Positions 12,384-27,075 are shown, counted from the whole stretch's first letter. The stretch is DNA of 54,075 nt, filler included, from Sluysia triapertura (GCA_046118255.1; 4 parts of 4 records of this genome joined end to end with filler, not necessarily neighbours in it), one strand, 5' to 3'. Program-made: numbers and translations. The notes: generated by a model not told the origin, from the letters alone.

Positions 12384-12867
12384 TAAAGTTATTAAATTTT
12401 TATTTGTTATATGTATGCGTAATTTTCTACTAAAGTCAACTACATGTAGTATAATCCATAATACGTGTACTACTATAAGAATTACGGAAATAAAAAAATA
12501 GCTTATACGTTAAGGTAATTATATTATGAAATGTGTCGCTTGACGAAATAACATCATCTTTGAATTCGGAAATACAATTGTTCATTGATTTATTGCTGTT
12601 ACATTTTGTACAAAATTTCTTAGTATTGAATTTCTTTGATAATATTGTAGTGGTAAACCTCATAAGTTAAGATTAAAACAAACCTTCTTAAAACAACAAT
12701 ACTCACTACAACATCTTTCAAACATAAACATCCAACAATAAATTAATCCATATCTTAACATTCCCAACTCAATAAACTCTTACATTCATGTCAACAACTC
12801 AAAACACTCACTCATTAAATACCTTATCAAACAATTCACAACATCCATTCATCAAACACTTCATCAA

Positions 12868-12967
12868 NNNNNNNNNNNNNNNNNNNNNNNNNNNNNNNNN
12901 NNNNNNNNNNNTTAATTAATTAANNNNNNNNNNNNNNNNNNNNNNNNNNNNNNNNNNNNNNNNNNNN
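12868..12967. other. Artificial assembly linker (44N-TTAATTAATTAA-44N)
   Basis: Six-frame stop spacer centred in exactly 100 nt; identical structure at 30181 and 43111. Confidence 0.95.
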
Positions 12968-12975
12968 AACTCTAA

Positions 12976-13870
12976 TTGTATAGTTTTTTTTGTTGTGGAA
13001 CATACATAGCTACAAATAAAAAATTCTCTTATTGTTTTCGTATATGTTTAAGTTATAAAATGATCTATGAAAGTCTTTATGGACCTTACTGTTTTCATAA
13101 ACCGACCCGGTGTTACGAAACACCCATAAGTGACATAAAAATAAACAGAGACCATGAGTTCAGTAACATCTTTTATAATATCTTTCATAATAACACCGCA
13201 ATTAAGTCACATATCAATCTAATGAAAGCGGTTATCCCGAAAGATAAATTCATCGTCTTGTGTAATATTAAATCTAACCTAAGATCAACGAGGTCTCACG
13301 AAGTATTAAGATGCGTCAAACTATTGTATCATGAGATAAAAGTAAACAAGATTGTTTTTAATCACAAACAATTGACGCCCTCCACAGTCTACCAAAACTC
13401 ATACTTCACTACAAGTATCTTCTTAATAAATTTGGCTGCAATACAACAAGACTAGTTAACTTCGGGGAGACTTAATATCGTTTTAATTTGTACAAATAAA
13501 TAGTCTTTCTGAATAAATTCATTTGGAGCAAATTAAACCGAAATCTTTCAATCATCACATATAAACAAAAATAAAGAGATTCTTAGATGTAAAGTTAAAA
13601 TTGTTAGTAAAAGTATGAATATATTAAATGACGAATTTGTAAATAGAAGTTGAACGTATAAGTAAAATTTTGTCAACACTTAAAGTCAAACAAAAAAATG
13701 AAAACTCGTTAATGCTTATGATTTTGAATTAAAACATCATCGGAAGCATGTTATTGACAAGCAACTATCGGAATAGATTGCTCGATTTTCTTCTCGCATT
13801 CGATTGTGGCGTTTGATATGGTCAGAAGTTGTTATACTAATCTACAGTACTGAATCATGAAGATAAAAGT
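12976..13870 (+). pseudogene. Coding-like region of unknown family (159-codon ORF followed by broken frames)
   Basis: Long ORF for this composition, continuing as stop- and frameshift-interrupted protein-like frames (e.g. NILNDEFVNR, YDFELKHHRKHVIDKQLSE*IARFSSRIRLWRLIWSE). No recognisable motif. Confidence 0.3.
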
Positions 13871-14321
13871 AAGAAGTCACATTTTATGTACTAATTTGTT
13901 ATGATTCCTCCTATTATATATTGTTTTTTATTTATTCATCCTCCCCGTTCTATTTAATAAAATTCTTTTAATAAAGTTTTGTAAAGTTCTCAATTCTAAT
14001 AATATAAGTTTGACAAATAATCTAAAATTCAGTGTCTTAAAATAATCAATTCCAATATTCAAATTAATTCAAGAGTGTCTATAATCTCAACCCAAAAAGG
14101 TATAAGACCAGGTATAGTAATTGAAATAAATTTCTGCCTAATTCTATGAAATGCTCTTAATGTTTAAATAAACCTTAGACATCCTTACATACAACTCAAT
14201 TTTTAAAATGTTTAACGAAACTGATTTATGTAAAAAATATCAAACGACTAATAGTATGATTTAAAGTATGAATTTAAAATGTTACTCAGAAATTACTTTC
14301 ATAAAGAGGAAATATATACTA

Positions 14322-14810
14322 GGGTTAGGTTGCTCAAGTCGTACCACAAACTAAGGCGACAACAGCATATAAGTCAGCAATTAAATATACATCTGAGTGA
14401 GCTAAGTTGTGTGACATATTACTATTTACCGTAAGCAAGCCCCGTTGTAAATTTTCTCATCAAATAAGTTTATTTCAATTTTCTTATAATTTTCTAGATA
14501 TGTTTGGTAGTTAATCTTGCAAGTAAATTATGTTTCATATTAAACATAAGTTCAGTAGAATTTACCTAATTATTTGGTCGAAACGAAATCATATTAATTT
14601 TATTCAATATTAAGCAATGTTTCGTTTGAAATAGGTGGTACGACTTAAGAAACTTAGTTGTACCGAAGTAAGTTTTTAAAGAATTAGTTATAATATATAA
14701 TACCAATAATAACAAAGTGTTGAGTAACACATTTAATTTCTATTTATTTGATAAATCCTAAGTTTTATACAGTTCTTTTCTTAAGGGGTATGACCTCAGC
14801 AACCTTACCC
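14322..14810. mobile_element. TA-flanked MITE (pogo/mariner-superfamily-like)
   Basis: Imperfect 26-bp TIR GGGT(T/A)AGGTTGCT(C/G)A(A/G)GTC(G/A)TACC(A/C)C (21/26 match), TA on both sides, and a third partial TIR copy at about 14634-14657. Confidence 0.7.
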
Positions 14811-15414
14811 TAATTTATCTCTTTGAATTAAACTTGAAAACACACAATATTATGAAACTTCAATTAAGATTTCACCATAACGAAATTACCCAAAGTAAAT
14901 ATTCGTACAGATTTCTATTAAATATAATTAAAATCTTAGTTATCACACTATTAGTGATTTCTTAATTCATACTAAAATCATCCTTACGAGTAAATGTATA
15001 AGTTAAACAAAGTGAAAGCTCACTTGAAGATGCATAATCATGTCAATCTTCTTATGAATTTATTAAGCTATATAAATGATACTCCTCCACTTTCAACACA
15101 TTCTACTCAGTTTAATTTCAATTGATTCGAAATAGTAACAACTATTTTAGTGTACAGTTCTGTTGCATTGGCCACGATTCTTAAACAATCTAGATCATGT
15201 TTTAATTACTATTCTGCTTGGTCAAGGACACTTTGCTGTGCGTAATTTCTACTCATTCTGTAACATCATTTAATTCCTATTCATAAATAAAGAAAATCTA
15301 TTAATTTTCTTAGATTCTTACGTTAACCAGATTTTTTTTGTTTTTTATTGATATATCTCTGAAGTATTTTCAAGATATGTTTTGATCGACTTTATCTTCC
15401 AGAGTATTCTATAA

Positions 15415-15711
15415 CTCTTTGAAGAGCGGAATTTTAGAAAATAAAGAGTCATGTTGCACAAGAATATTTTTTAATACTTTTTTTTACAAAAATGAGTTAT
15501 TTAAATAAGTACAAATATAAAACTATGAAAAATAAAAATTAAAATTGAAAAATTAATTGTAGGCATCCGTTGCTAAACATATTATCTTATATTTACGGTG
15601 GGTGCAATATTAAACCGCTGTTCTAGTAGGAATTTAAAATGTTCAAGATTGTATAGAAAATATCCCACCGTGCATTATTTGTAACTTTTAATCCCACCAT
15701 GCCTCAAAGAG
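15415..15711. mobile_element. piggyBac-type MITE (degenerate)
   Basis: Ends CTCTTTGAAG / CCTCAAAGAG flanked by ATAA and TTAA; repeated subterminal TCCCACC(G/A)TGC motifs. Confidence 0.5.
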
Positions 15712-15889
15712 TTAAGATAATTGAGTAAAATTGTACAATTTTATTTAGATTTTTAGATTTAATTAATATTTAGTAGTGGATTATGATATTTAGGTATGCG
15801 TTTCATACTATGATTTAGCTTTGAAACAGTCAAACCACTTTTATTATTTGATCATTGTAAAATTAAATGATATAAATTAAAAATTTTAC

Positions 15890-16083
15890 CTTCCATATCC
15901 CGAAGGAAATGTTACTACATATTCTTCATCATATTCTGGTAAATAAATCTTAGTATTACCGATCATTTCCACTCCAATACTAAGCCCTAAGAATTTAGAT
16001 TTTGTCCATAAATGACCGTTTAATTGAATTTTATTTTCCCGATGTTCTGCATAAAATGCAGATATTGGTGGGTGATGAGATAC
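15890..16083 (-). CDS. OSBPL9: OSBP-related protein 9-like, exon 4 (last one present in this segment)
   Basis: TTTCAG acceptor; [14 protein letters not shown]...[16 protein letters not shown]...[15 protein letters not shown]; GTAAAA donor. Completes the EQVSHHPP fingerprint with exon 3. Confidence 0.93.
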
Positions 16084-19000
16084 CTGAAATTATTATTTTA
16101 TTTATGTAATTATGAACAAAATTAATATTATTTAGAAGATGTTTACGACTTTCAATAATAATAGAATTTTATTTGAATAATACTATATTATGTACAATAA
16201 ACATAAAATGTACAATAAATATATTATAAATAATAAATATATTAAAGATAATTAGAATGGGTACGTATTAATCCTGTCAGTTTCATATCAAAGTATATCA
16301 GTTATTTCAAAATGGTCAGCAAACTTAAAGATCTTTAGAAACATCTAGTAAGTGATGGATTCGGTAAGATTATCTGAGATGCAGAATGAAAAAAATATTT
16401 GAAATTAATTGTGAATAAATAGAAAATACGTCCAAATCACATCACCAATGATTTGATCATTTCTTTAGTTTTTATAAACATCATGTTTATCGTTCTTGTT
16501 AGATTTAAGGTAAGTGATTTCATACAATAACGTTTTTGTTTAATTATTTTTATAGGAATCAGAAGCTGGTTAAAGAAAAATTTTAATAAAGTAAATAATT
16601 ATAGTGAAATTAAAATAATATAAAATAAAAATGGGTAACATATATTTTACTTTCACAAGTCAAACTAAATAAAGTTAATTAAATGGAAATAATAATGTGC
16701 AAATGAGGATCATAAGAGTTAAGTTTCAAATTTAAAGCAAAACAATCTAAAATCCAATATTTTTAGTAAATATTTAAGTTTAGAGAAATAACATATGGTT
16801 CTTAGCATTATTTCAAAGACTAAACAATAGAATAATCCTAATTTCCATTAAGTTATTTATTAAATTGAAATTAATTATTGTTGAATTGAAATTCATTAAC
16901 TGAATTGCTTTCAGTATGAAATGACTAAATTTATTAAATAATAAATTCCTCGGAACACTATAAATCAGATTCCACAAGTTTAATAAATAGCCGTAATCCT
17001 ATAGCTCAATTTTTTAAATTTCATTTTTTTCTTTTATAACTTATATCGTCGGGGATAAATTTAGTTTCTTAAAACTTATATATAATTTTTGATGCTTTAA
17101 GTACCGATTAGAAATTCAAAACGTAAAAAACAGAAATAAACACATCAATAGTCAATTATAAAATAAGAAATTCATATTAAATTAGTGAAATATCCAAAGT
17201 AATCAGTAGAAAATTTTTGTATAACATTTTATTTATAATAAATTATAGGATAAAATGCTAAACAAATTAAACATATCGTTTCAGAAAAATTAAGATTGAA
17301 TTTAAGTCGTGAAAATGAATTGGAATCAAATATTCTACATTTTATAAAATTCATTTTATGTGACGTAGATTGAAAAATATCTTCACAACTCGAGAATGAA
17401 TACATTAAAATATTAAAAAATTAAAAAAGACTGGAACACAGCAAAGTTTATACACTCAAACAGGAAGTCAAAAATGAGTCAAATACCAGCATCAGAAAAT
17501 CGAAAAAAGACGACTTTATTAAAATGGAAATGAAAACTAAGAAACACAAATGATCACAAACCAATACAACTAAAAAATGTATATATAAGTGGACAAAAGC
17601 TTTTATAGAAGAAAATTTAAATAAAATTTACATAAATTAGTCATGTAATAGAATTTAACTATAGAAAATGTATTATATAACGAAATTGCAAAATTAATTG
17701 AATATAATATAATTGTTAATAAAAATTTTACATTATTCGATTAACTCAAATTAAGTTACTCAGATGTTAATAAATTTATTTATTAATTTTAATTTAAGTA
17801 TTATGATTACGTTTCACTTTATAATGCGATACGCAATTTTTAATTTTATAGAAATTCGTTTAATCAAATTAGTTTCGTAATCACTTTCCAAAATATAGAG
17901 ATTAGTTCAGGACTTGTCTTGATGGTAGAGATGTAAGTGTAAATTCTGATTAATATTTAATGCTTTGATTTTTATATTTAGAAATGAATTAAACTTTTAA
18001 AACATTAGGACATTTTACATAAATATAGATAAATATAAATACACTTAGGTCACACATATAATATTAGAATTACATTTAACATATTTTAATTTTAATTACT
18101 TAGTATTGTGATTACTGTGTTACTGTCCACAATTAAACAAATAACCACTTGTAGAACTAATCGAGATAATACCAAATTAACCACTATTGACTTTTTACAA
18201 ATATAAATTCCAAATCAATTAATTTCAGTTAGTTACTATTAATTTTACAATTTGACATGTTAAAACTTCACCTTATATAGTATTTTTCATTGATATTATT
18301 CTATGGTCAATAAATTTTTTGAATCCATTTTATAATTTTTATAATTTTATAATGTTGGTTTCAACACATTATAATTTATTTTTTCAAACTATATTATGTG
18401 CTGGTTTGCTGGTATTCGTTTTATGTATATTTTTCATTCATATCCATCCGGTTAATCAGATAGAGTACTATCTGATAATGAAATATGGAAGACTGCATTC
18501 TGGACTTCGTGTATTTATTCTTGTTTTCTTTTATTTATTTCTTAAAATTAAGTGCATCTTTGATATATTTCTTTCTTAATTTCAGAACTTTTATGCTGTT
18601 TCTTTTAAGGATATTAAGATTATTCGAATGATTTGGTTTTATTATATTAAGTTTTAATTTAATTATATTTCTCCTATGGTAGTGATTGTTTGTCCCAAAT
18701 CTAATTGTATTTGGTTTCCATTATAAATCTTAAAAATAATACAATTCGATAGACTAGAATGTATATTTGACCATACCATATTGAAAAATCTAAACCAGTT
18801 AACAATTGTTATCGTTTAACTTTGTTATAAAATCAAATTACTTTTACCTTCGATATCTTTAGCTTGCAATGTTTCGAAAATGGAAACTAACTTAAATAGT
18901 ATGTTATATTCATCATGATAATTGATAATACAAAAATAGCATTTATTTATTAAATACTGAAAATTGTAGTGCGAAATTATTCTTAATTTATAGTTTGCAA

Positions 19001-22000
19001 TAATATTGTATCTAAATAATGTAAAAAATAATGCAGTTTTATCTTTAAAGTACTGTCATGTAATTTTTGTACAAAGGTAATAAATGTAATTCTTATAGAT
19101 AATATATGTAAATTTTATGCAGTTTTAATTTAAATAAAATTTTATAATTTTATAAGAAAATAGTTTTTAATTATAATTATAATATTATTATTGTATTATT
19201 AATTTATATTATTATTAATTTGATATCAATATACTTATTACAATATTATTAAAAATATTATTATTATTACTGTATTAAAATTATTATCATCATTATCATC
19301 ATTTAGTACAATAAAAAATAAAACGATAGATAAGGTCAATGACTGTATATTCATACTGAATATAAATAGCGTTTAAAACACGCTTCATTTCAGACATTTA
19401 ATCACATATATAAGTTAAGAAATTTTGGTTGTTGATTTCACATTTTAATAGTTATTTTTAATTTGATACAATTATTATGAATTCAAATATTTTAATATAA
19501 AAAATCTGTTCTCAAAACTTGACAAGGACAAATTATTGTTTTTTTGTTTATTTTATTGATACGTTAGTTTATTTAAATTGTTAAGATGATTGATTTTAAA
19601 AGATAAAGAATAAATTATACGTTAAACTCAAAGTAATTTTAGTAAAATTTATTTATGCAAATAAAATTCTTTTAATATTAGAAAACTTATTGTGATCAAT
19701 AATATTTAAATTTTATATCACGATTGAGTTTAAACAGTAACATTATCAATTTTTATTCCTTACTTAAACATTACAGCGCTACATAATTACGATAATAATA
19801 ACATTTTTGAGTATAAATAAATTATCCGAATATTTTGACATTATAATATTATTGACTTTTGTAATTTTAAATCCGAACATTTTTACGCTATTGATTTTTG
19901 TATTTCATAAATTAGTTATTCGAATATTTTGACTTTATGTAATATTGTTAATTTGTTTGTTAACGATTATTATTTTATAACTTTATTAATAAATCATTAG
20001 AATCTTATTAAATATTTACTTTTTTGGATATTAGTAAGAGATTCTTCACGTTAATTAATCAACTTTTATAGTTATAAAATACTCGAATTATACTAAATTT
20101 TAATTCATTTATAATAATTTATTAAATTTAAAAACAGATCATTTTAGATCAAATATAAACTCTTAAAAATAATATCGTTATATAACGGAACTAAATCAGT
20201 TCAACCATATATATAAATTAGAAATTAATAAGATAGTAAACGACAATTTTAGAATGCGTAACAAAAGAAATCCCAGGTAAAATAAGCCGTTTTTGGTACT
20301 TTAAAGATATCACATAAAATAATTATTAAAAATTTAACATAAATATTTATTTATTTAATAAATTTTTATTTTTATTATACTATATTGTAAATCACTTTTG
20401 TCCATTGTTTCAAAGAATTATACAAAGAATTAAATATTAATTTCGATTATATTCAATTATTTTTCAAACTTTGGAAAAAAGGTAAACAATTTATAAAAAA
20501 GTAATAGCGCAATAGAAAAGGAAATATTTTGGGATTCTAATATTAAAATTTAGTTTTACCAGTGTCGTTAACGATATAAGATAATTTTTGACCCTATAAA
20601 TTTATTAAGTAAAACAAACAAAATAAAGCTTATAGGGAAGCCAAGTGTATGTTTTAAGTCGTTTATTTAAACAAATTTCATTTATTAAAGCACCAACAAA
20701 ATAAGTTTTCTACAACACAAATTAAATGTTGAATCTGTTATTTACACGGAGTTCCTCTATTTATTAAAATTAGTTTTATGAATTAAATTATTTATTTAAT
20801 GCCAATTTTTGTAATTTAATCATTAATTTTAGACAATTATTAGAAAAATCATTTTTAGAAAGATTTGTAAGTTTCAATGCGTTTAATTGAAAGAAATCAT
20901 TTCAACACATATTCGTCTGCAGCCACGGTTGGAATAACTCATTTTTATAGTTTTAATTTAATAATTTCTTTATATTGACTTATAAATGATTGTGATATGA
21001 ATGAACAAATTATGAGACTTATGCATTAGCATTTTCTATTTCAAATAATTCTTAAATAACCTGTCTTGTAAATACATTTGAAGATCAAGAGTTTTTTAAT
21101 ATCTTTGTTTCTTTCTGGGTTAAACATTCAATTAGATCAAGAATGTTGAAAATATTTGCATTTTCTGGGATAAAGCGTCTTACGAATTTTGTTTTCCCGT
21201 ATTTGATATTAAATTAAAAAATTTACAAAATACAATGTTAATTTTATTATATTTCAAGTTAAAATTAATAATTTATTACAAAACTCAATTTTTTCAAGTT
21301 TTCTTATAAATCAATTTTACAGGTTATCTGTGCAAATATTTGTTAGGATATTTTAATAACTTTTAATGCCTGTAATAGAAAATAAAATATTCTTCAAAGC
21401 TCAAGATTTGGGGACAAGATGTTGAATGAGATTCGAATAAAAAATCAAAGCTTTAGAAAAACTAAAAGACATGATACTAAAATAAAAGAAATTATTTATT
21501 ATTTAACGAAATGTTCAATAAAAATAATTTATTAAAAAAATTTATTTCATTTTTAAAAATAATTTTGAGCAATTTGATAATCATAATGCTTAAAAAAATA
21601 AATAAGAATCACTTTAAATTGAGATTACATTAAGATAAATTCACGTTAAATTCAAATTGTACAGAATAGTTATTTTAAATTGAGATATCAAAAAATTAAC
21701 TTATTCAGACAAAATAACTATTGTAATTAATATTATTATAATTTATTGGTATAATAAACAATAGTTCATAATGTATGTTGTAATTTATATTGTAATCGAC
21801 TAAAATTTATTTGTATAATGATTTTTAAGTTAGTTGTATGAATAAAACGATTTATTGTAACAATGTATTATGGATTTACAATTATAATCTAATTCTACTA
21901 TAAATATCAACTACAATAGTCTGACGCAACACAAAAAGCATCAAATCATTGTGAACAGTCCACCAGAATCCAGTTCGATTAACAATTAGTTCCTGGCTTC

Positions 22001-22406
22001 TATTATTGATAACATTAAATGGCCGTCGATTGATTAATTATTTTCCATTTTTATATTTCGTAAGAATGTTTAGTTTGAAGTTAAAAACATTATATCATAT
22101 TTTTAAATTTTAAATATTTTAAATATTTCATTTAAATATTTTTGATGTACCAATAACTCAATTACATTGTAATATTTTATTATTCTGTGAATAAAATTAT
22201 TTTAGTTTAGTGTTATTTATTCCTTTAACAGACTAATAAACGTTACAAGGGATTTGAGAACAGGGTAAGATAGAATTTGTTGAAAATTTTATTGAAAAGA
22301 GAAAATTTATAGTATATTGATACAGTAACACAATTGCCCAAAGAGTAATTGATAAAATAAGAACAGATAAATTTGTAAAAGTTTCCTTTTGAAATAGACT
22401 ATTAAA

Positions 22407-22465
22407 AAGCACTTTCATCTTGAATATCTGAGACGAGTATTCGAATTCATACTTTCAGATAAAGT
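22407..22465 (+). repeat. Short dispersed repeat, copy 1 (copy 2 at about 33303-33360)
   Basis: AAGCACTTTCATCTTGAATATCTGAGACGAGTATTCGAATTCA versus AAGCACTTCCATCTCGAACAGCTGAGACGAGTATAAGACTCA. Confidence 0.55.
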
Positions 22466-23672
22466 AATTCTAATATATTAATATAGAGTATAGATTTTGT
22501 TTGAAGTTTACATTAACAGTAATAATTTAGTCCTTCGAATTTTGACTTACAATTTAAGATTCTAAAATTTTAATCATACAAAGCATACATAACTATTCAT
22601 TAGCTATAAAATAGAGAAGTTTCGACAAAACTACTACCAAAGATAAAGAGTTCATTGGAGCACATTCACATGCACAACTTTAAATTTAATTAATGATTTA
22701 AATAATGAAATCAACTTATTTTAGCAATACCTAGATATTTGAATAGTTTGAAAATTTAATAGTAATTATATTATTTCACGTAAATAATGAAATAATAATT
22801 TAAATTTAAAATAAAACTTAATAAATGTTAATAAGAGTATTAAGAATTTTAATACTCTTAAGAAAAATCTAAAATCTGAAAATAAGAAATAGACACTACA
22901 AAAATTTACTTAGAAAATAAAATAAGATGAAGATGGAATATTAAAAATTGAAGAAAGGAACCTACCATTCTTAATTTGTCAAAAGGAAAAGGCTCAAATA
23001 TATAATATATTGGTATATAATAATATATAATATATTGGTTATATAGAAATGAAAAATAACCACTGGTATATATGAATTAATGCAAATCAGCAAAGTCAAT
23101 AAAAATGAATATATGATTAACGTTACAGTATAAGATGAAATTAAAACTATTATGTGGAAGAAATTATTATTGGCCATAACATTGAAAATACTACATAAGA
23201 TGGTATTTTTCAATTAATAACTAAATATTAATTATATAATATATATAGTACAAAAATGAAAAAAGTTGATTGGTAGAAGAAAGTTCTAATAGCATTGTGA
23301 ACTTAAGTAATTGATTAGACTTATTGTGAAATTATATGATCCAATTAATTTCATTCAATTTAAATGAATCATGTGATAAAATATTCTGAAAATTAAATAA
23401 CCTATTAAGGGAGTAATTCAATTATTATGTTTTCGTGTTTAAAGTTAAAACATTTGATATTTGAATTTCAAAGTGAATAAGAATCATTGATTATTGACTA
23501 ATTTTAATTAATTTTAAAGTTTCACTAACTTATTCTAATTAAAAAACGTAATATAAGTTTTATTACAATAAATAGAAATAATTTAAATTTGCAACTTTTG
23601 ACAAAGATTCTAAATAGACCAAAAAAGAAAGTAAAAAATTACTTAGTTTTATAAAACTTTCAAGAAACTAAC

Positions 23673-23830
23673 TTGCTCTGCTAAAAAAAGTACACCGTTA
23701 CTTGGAGCCCAATCGAATAAACCGGAACAAACAGATTTGTCTACTTTTTGACCAGATTTACTTTCTGATTCATTGGTGGTTTTTGACAAATTCGATTTAG
23801 ATATATCCCAATAACATCTGAATATTTCAC
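23673..23830 (-). CDS. OSBPL9: OSBP-related protein 9-like, exon 3
   Basis: TATAG acceptor; (G)EIFRCYWDI...GLFDWAPSNGVLFLAEQ; GTTAGT donor. Phases are compatible with exons 2 and 4. Confidence 0.92.
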
Positions 23831-24137
23831 CTATAATACATATATATAATATAATATAATTATTGTATAATATAATATAATTATATTATTATTATTAACA
23901 TACGATGAAAAGCATACACTGAATTCCCGCATATTCTGCTGAAATTATCCAAGTTAAAAATTAATTACCGCGGTACCGAAAATAAGGCAGGGTTTATATT
24001 AATTTTCACTCCAAAATATGACACTAAGGTTTATTTTTCTATTTTCATTTATCGAAGAATAAAGTTATAATGTAGAGAATTAAGGAATTTCTAAATATAC
24101 AAAAAACATCAAAACCGATCTACATGAAAACTGTAAA

Positions 24138-25245
24138 TCATTCAAAAATCACCATGTCGTCATCCTCTGAAATATCTTGCAGGTCACTGGATTCTATAGT
24201 TTCTGCGGAGTTTTCATTTAACTGAATTTCCTGCCGAATTTTTGCACCTATTCTGTCACGTTGAGTAATAAAGGTAGCTTGCACATAATGCATTCGTAAC
24301 ACAAATGAAAGTATCTCAGAATGTATTGTAATTTAAAGCACCTGACATTTTATGTAGAGAATTAAATTTATTAAAAGCTTGCAGCAAAATTTTATTAGAA
24401 TTAATAAAAAATATGCTTCACAAGTGGAGGATTCCTAAAAATTTTCCACGCGTATCCTTATGGATTATAAGAATTTAACTTCACCTGGAGAAACTGGAAT
24501 CTGAAATTACATACATTTGAATATAAAAGTTCATTTAATGTTTGTTTCGCAATAATTTATATCGAATTCGGCATCAACTGATTATATTTTGGTAATTCCG
24601 GAACTATTTACGTCTAATTCATGTTTCTCTAAATTAGTTTCGTAACTACTTTAGCCACAATTTCAGGGCTCGATTTATTATTTGTTTGACTTTTGCATTC
24701 ACCAAAATTTTCTTCTACTTCTTCATTTGATTTTTCCGAACTTGAAGCAACGTTCAAATTACAAGATACATATTCTTGAATTGGTTTGTTATTTTGAGTA
24801 TCGTCGGACAACCATTCATCATAACCTGGCCAACATATACCATTATTGGCTTCTTTTGTGTTATTCTTTTGCACTGTAATTTCTTCTCTTTCGTTGCTTG
24901 ACTTTATTTTATAAAAGTTAGATCCAATCTATCTCTAAGATTCTATCCGTCCTCTTCCACGTGAAGATATTGTAGAACTTATCCACTCCCACGTTCACAT
25001 ATATATTTTTGATTATTGTTATTGCTTTTATTTCTGATATTTTTACTTAGACCTAAGCTTTTTCAACTCCGAAGTACGATAGAAAGTAATTGTAGTAATA
25101 AAGTAGTAAAGGTAGTTGTAATAAAGAAGTGTTGTAGTGGAAGAAAGTGTTAAATCAGAAAAGTCGAGATTAAAGTTGATTAAAAACTTGTCTTTAAGGT
25201 GTTGTAAAATTTCATTATCTTTTTGTTACTGTTGATGCTGTGTCA
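24138..25245 (-). pseudogene. Probable PHAX-like pseudogene nested in OSBPL9 intron 2
   Basis: Broken frames give, in order, TSELKSLGL, ERGVDKFY, NLRDRL(G), SPEIVAKVVTKL.EKHEL, SPGEVKFL and an acidic end DISEDDDMVIFE*. This order resembles PHAX motifs (TELGILGM, RGVESY, VKDRLG, VA.EI...L.E.K.DL, TPGGVFL). Many stops and frameshifts. Confidence 0.4.
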
Positions 25246-26728
25246 AAAGATTTTAATATTTTAACTATGTTTTAATATTTTACTATATTTACGAGTTTAC
25301 AATTGAATTTTTAAGTTTATTTTGTGTCAATTTGCACTAAAACTTGGACCACGACATATATTACATGGTAAAGAGAATACAATTGAACTTAATCTGTCAA
25401 TAATATCTTATCTTCATAATCATAAATTGTTTATTTCCTTTATTCCTTTTTGGAGACAAACAATTATGATTTGTCTTGGCTGTAACGTTTTGTCAAATGT
25501 AGCATTTCCTAATATGTAGCAGAGTTGCAACCAAAAGTTTTCTCTGAAATTTAATCGTTTATATCAATAATGAGACGTTCTATGATCTTTCTTTTCGCTG
25601 ACAAATTGTCACAAACATTTAATCAAACTTATTATATAAGAACTAATAATCAAATTTTTATTCATTTTCTCTATTTTAAATTATATTTTCATCTATAAAA
25701 ATATAAAAAATCATAAGTTATAAAAATTAAAAACAGTGAGTTCGTAGAATAATGATTTTATAATTATATATTTATGGCTTCAAAATTTATTGGAGGTAAT
25801 ACATCAAAATAATGGAAAATTCATTATTATTCATCCATTAAATCTCAAACACGCAATAAAATTAATTAATAATGAAGTTTTTCAAAAATTTGAAACTGCC
25901 ACCGGAATCAGTAGATCAAATAAGTAGATCAAATAAGTAGATCAACACAAAAATATCAAAATTTTAAATTGCAAAATACGTAATGTAAAATACAAAATAT
26001 GAATAAAATAAAATTCATGTGTACTAAAAATTTCTAAAAATGTGTTCCACTTATTTAACACAGGAATATAATTAAAATAATAAGTTTCTGTATAAATAAC
26101 AAAAACTAATTTGGTTTATATTATTTTCTTGAATTCGTTATTTGAATTATGAAATTAAATTAGTTTCAATCAAGGCCAGGAAATCTGGACTAATAACTGA
26201 GCCAAAAATATATTAAATTTTTCAAGAGCCACGAATAATTTTTTTATTAAATATTAATACAAATACAAAATATTTAAATAACAATACAATAATACATAAT
26301 ACATGTTTATTTTTTATCTGTAATACTAAATTCTAAAATGGTATTATTAAATTTATTATGCTTGCTAAAATTATTATGGTTATTAATTTTATAAATTTTA
26401 AAGAAATATTACTAAATGTTAGGATACCACTTAAGGCGGTCCATAGATGTACACTTATTAAATATTAAGTTTTCAATTATAAACAATACAAACACACTGA
26501 TTATATTGTAATTATGGTAAATGCGCAGTTTTTGATCTAACGATCATTTCCCAAATTCTGTTGTGAAATTCAATTTTGAGAAAAATGCTTCACATATAGA
26601 GCCCTAAAATATTATAAAAGAGCAACCGATTGCCCATTATAGGTTTAAATAATGCATAAGAAAAATATAAATATAACAATATGAATTTATAATTAAAATA
26701 ACAATATTGTTACATGCAATAGACCAAC

Positions 26729-27010
26729 CTAAAATTGGATTATAGGGTTTTTTTGCAACAGAACTTTTACGACCAGCATGAAATGCTGATAGATACCATT
26801 TAAGACAAGCAACAAATCGAGACTGAGGACTAGTAGCTAAGGAGATATTAACCCAAAGGTCAGGGTGGGCTAGAAAATCAGCGTACATTTCCAAAGTGCT
26901 ACGTTTCTCCAAAATAAATGTTGGTAAAGTAATCTTTGTAAGATCCATACCGATTCGGAGTTGACTGAGGATATATGTAATAACTGAATCATGATTTTGT
27001 ACAGAGCCCA
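26729..27010 (-). CDS. OSBPL9: OSBP-related protein 9-like, exon 2
   Basis: TTGCAG acceptor directly after an (ATT)n tract; [52 protein letters not shown]...[25 protein letters not shown]; GTTGGT donor. Confidence 0.95.
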
Positions 27011-27014
27011 CTGC

Positions 27015-27061
<47 letters not shown>

Positions 27062-27075
27062 TAATAATAATAATA
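27015..27075. repeat. (AAT)n microsatellite at the 3' end of OSBPL9 intron 1
   Basis: About 20 AAT units with one GAT interruption. Confidence 0.9.

Noticed and set aside
12672-12867. About 195-nt C/A-rich tract with a single G
   Set aside because: It sits at the very end of a contig, so low-quality read tail or low-complexity sequence is more likely; not a telomeric repeat.
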